A stretch of DNA of 38,464 nt, taken from assembly GCA_002633005.1 (NCBI GenBank), contig NMRA01000050.1, positions 154,959 to 193,422 on the forward strand. Reading direction: 5' to 3'. Below the pieces are notes generated by a model that saw nothing but the letters and a program-made list of their open reading frames with translations, did no database searches and had not been told where the DNA came from. This DNA comes from Phoronis australis (taxonomy: Eukaryota; Animalia; Phoronida). Shown here piece after piece: positions 37,761 through 38,464 of the stretch. Made by a program: the position numbers and the translations under genes. Positions within the stretch are counted from its first letter, which is position 1; each line of letters starts with the position of its first letter.

Positions 37761-38464
37761 ATAGGAACATTCTGAAACATGAGTGCATCATTTGTTAGCA
37801 GGAAAAGTATATTATGGACCATATTTCAAGAAAGAGCAAGAAGTATAGCTTTCAAATACAGGTACGTGTTTTTGAAAGGTACATCTTGGTGTTTTCCAGG
37901 TGTGTTTCGGTATTATCACCAGATGTTTTTTAACTTGTTCAGCCCCTTGGCTGCCTGGGTAGGCCTTGGACAATACCGCTGACCCAGTAGAGATGGTGAT
38001 CCTACCATAGGTACTCCACATGCCGGATGCTTTTCGGCAAATTATGTTCCTATAAGATTAGAAGTACCGCGTAGAGAGATGCCTTTAAGGAGGTCGTTAA
38101 TGGTTTCATTTGTTCCCAATTTGAACAAATACTCCTGCAATCCTATTTTTCGAACACTCCATTGTTCAGTTGCCACATCGACACTGCTTCCGCTAAGGAA
38201 TAATCATATGGCGTTATACTGTGGGTTTGATTTTAAAGCACTTTAAGTCAAAAATTTTTGAGAAGGTTAAATGGAGTAGATGGTTGCAAACAACATGCCC
38301 AAGTGGCCGTCATCCCCTGCCGTAGTCCTGGGATAGGGGGAACCTCTTCTCAATTTTTTGTAAACATTAATTACTTAGGTAGCTGCAATGATAATTAAAT
38401 TAAAGGAGCATGCCACCCAAAAAACAACCTAATTTGTATCAATTCAGATCGAGTAGTTCTACTC

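Noticed and set aside
38400-38464. TTAA|AGGAGCATGCC Kolobok-like start
   Set aside because: At the window edge, so the partner end cannot be checked.

Overview
AT-rich eukaryotic DNA with two assembly gaps. The TE repertoire and a fibrinogen-domain gene suggest a marine invertebrate, possibly a lophotrochozoan (inference). The window is mostly decayed transposons. The most notable is a ~4.1 kb element (11901-15991) bounded by ~435-bp direct repeats that encodes a DDE transposase and a convergent His-Me finger endonuclease, matching the Kolobok lineage with long terminal direct repeats (KolobokP). Other elements are an ISL2EU-like element with a YqaJ exonuclease relic, a head-to-head pair of THAP pseudogenes, an AcademX-like element with TIRs and TSD plus the 5' end of a second one, a LINE RT relic, several MITEs with 5-, 8- and 9-bp TSDs, a TTAA-flanked foldback and two tandem repeats. 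The only host-like coding sequence is a fibrinogen-related domain (FReD) ORF at 24721-25322 (-), with a possible decayed PAN/apple-like segment upstream. I found no supportable rRNA, tRNA or CRISPR. All family assignments come from motifs read by eye, not from database searches.
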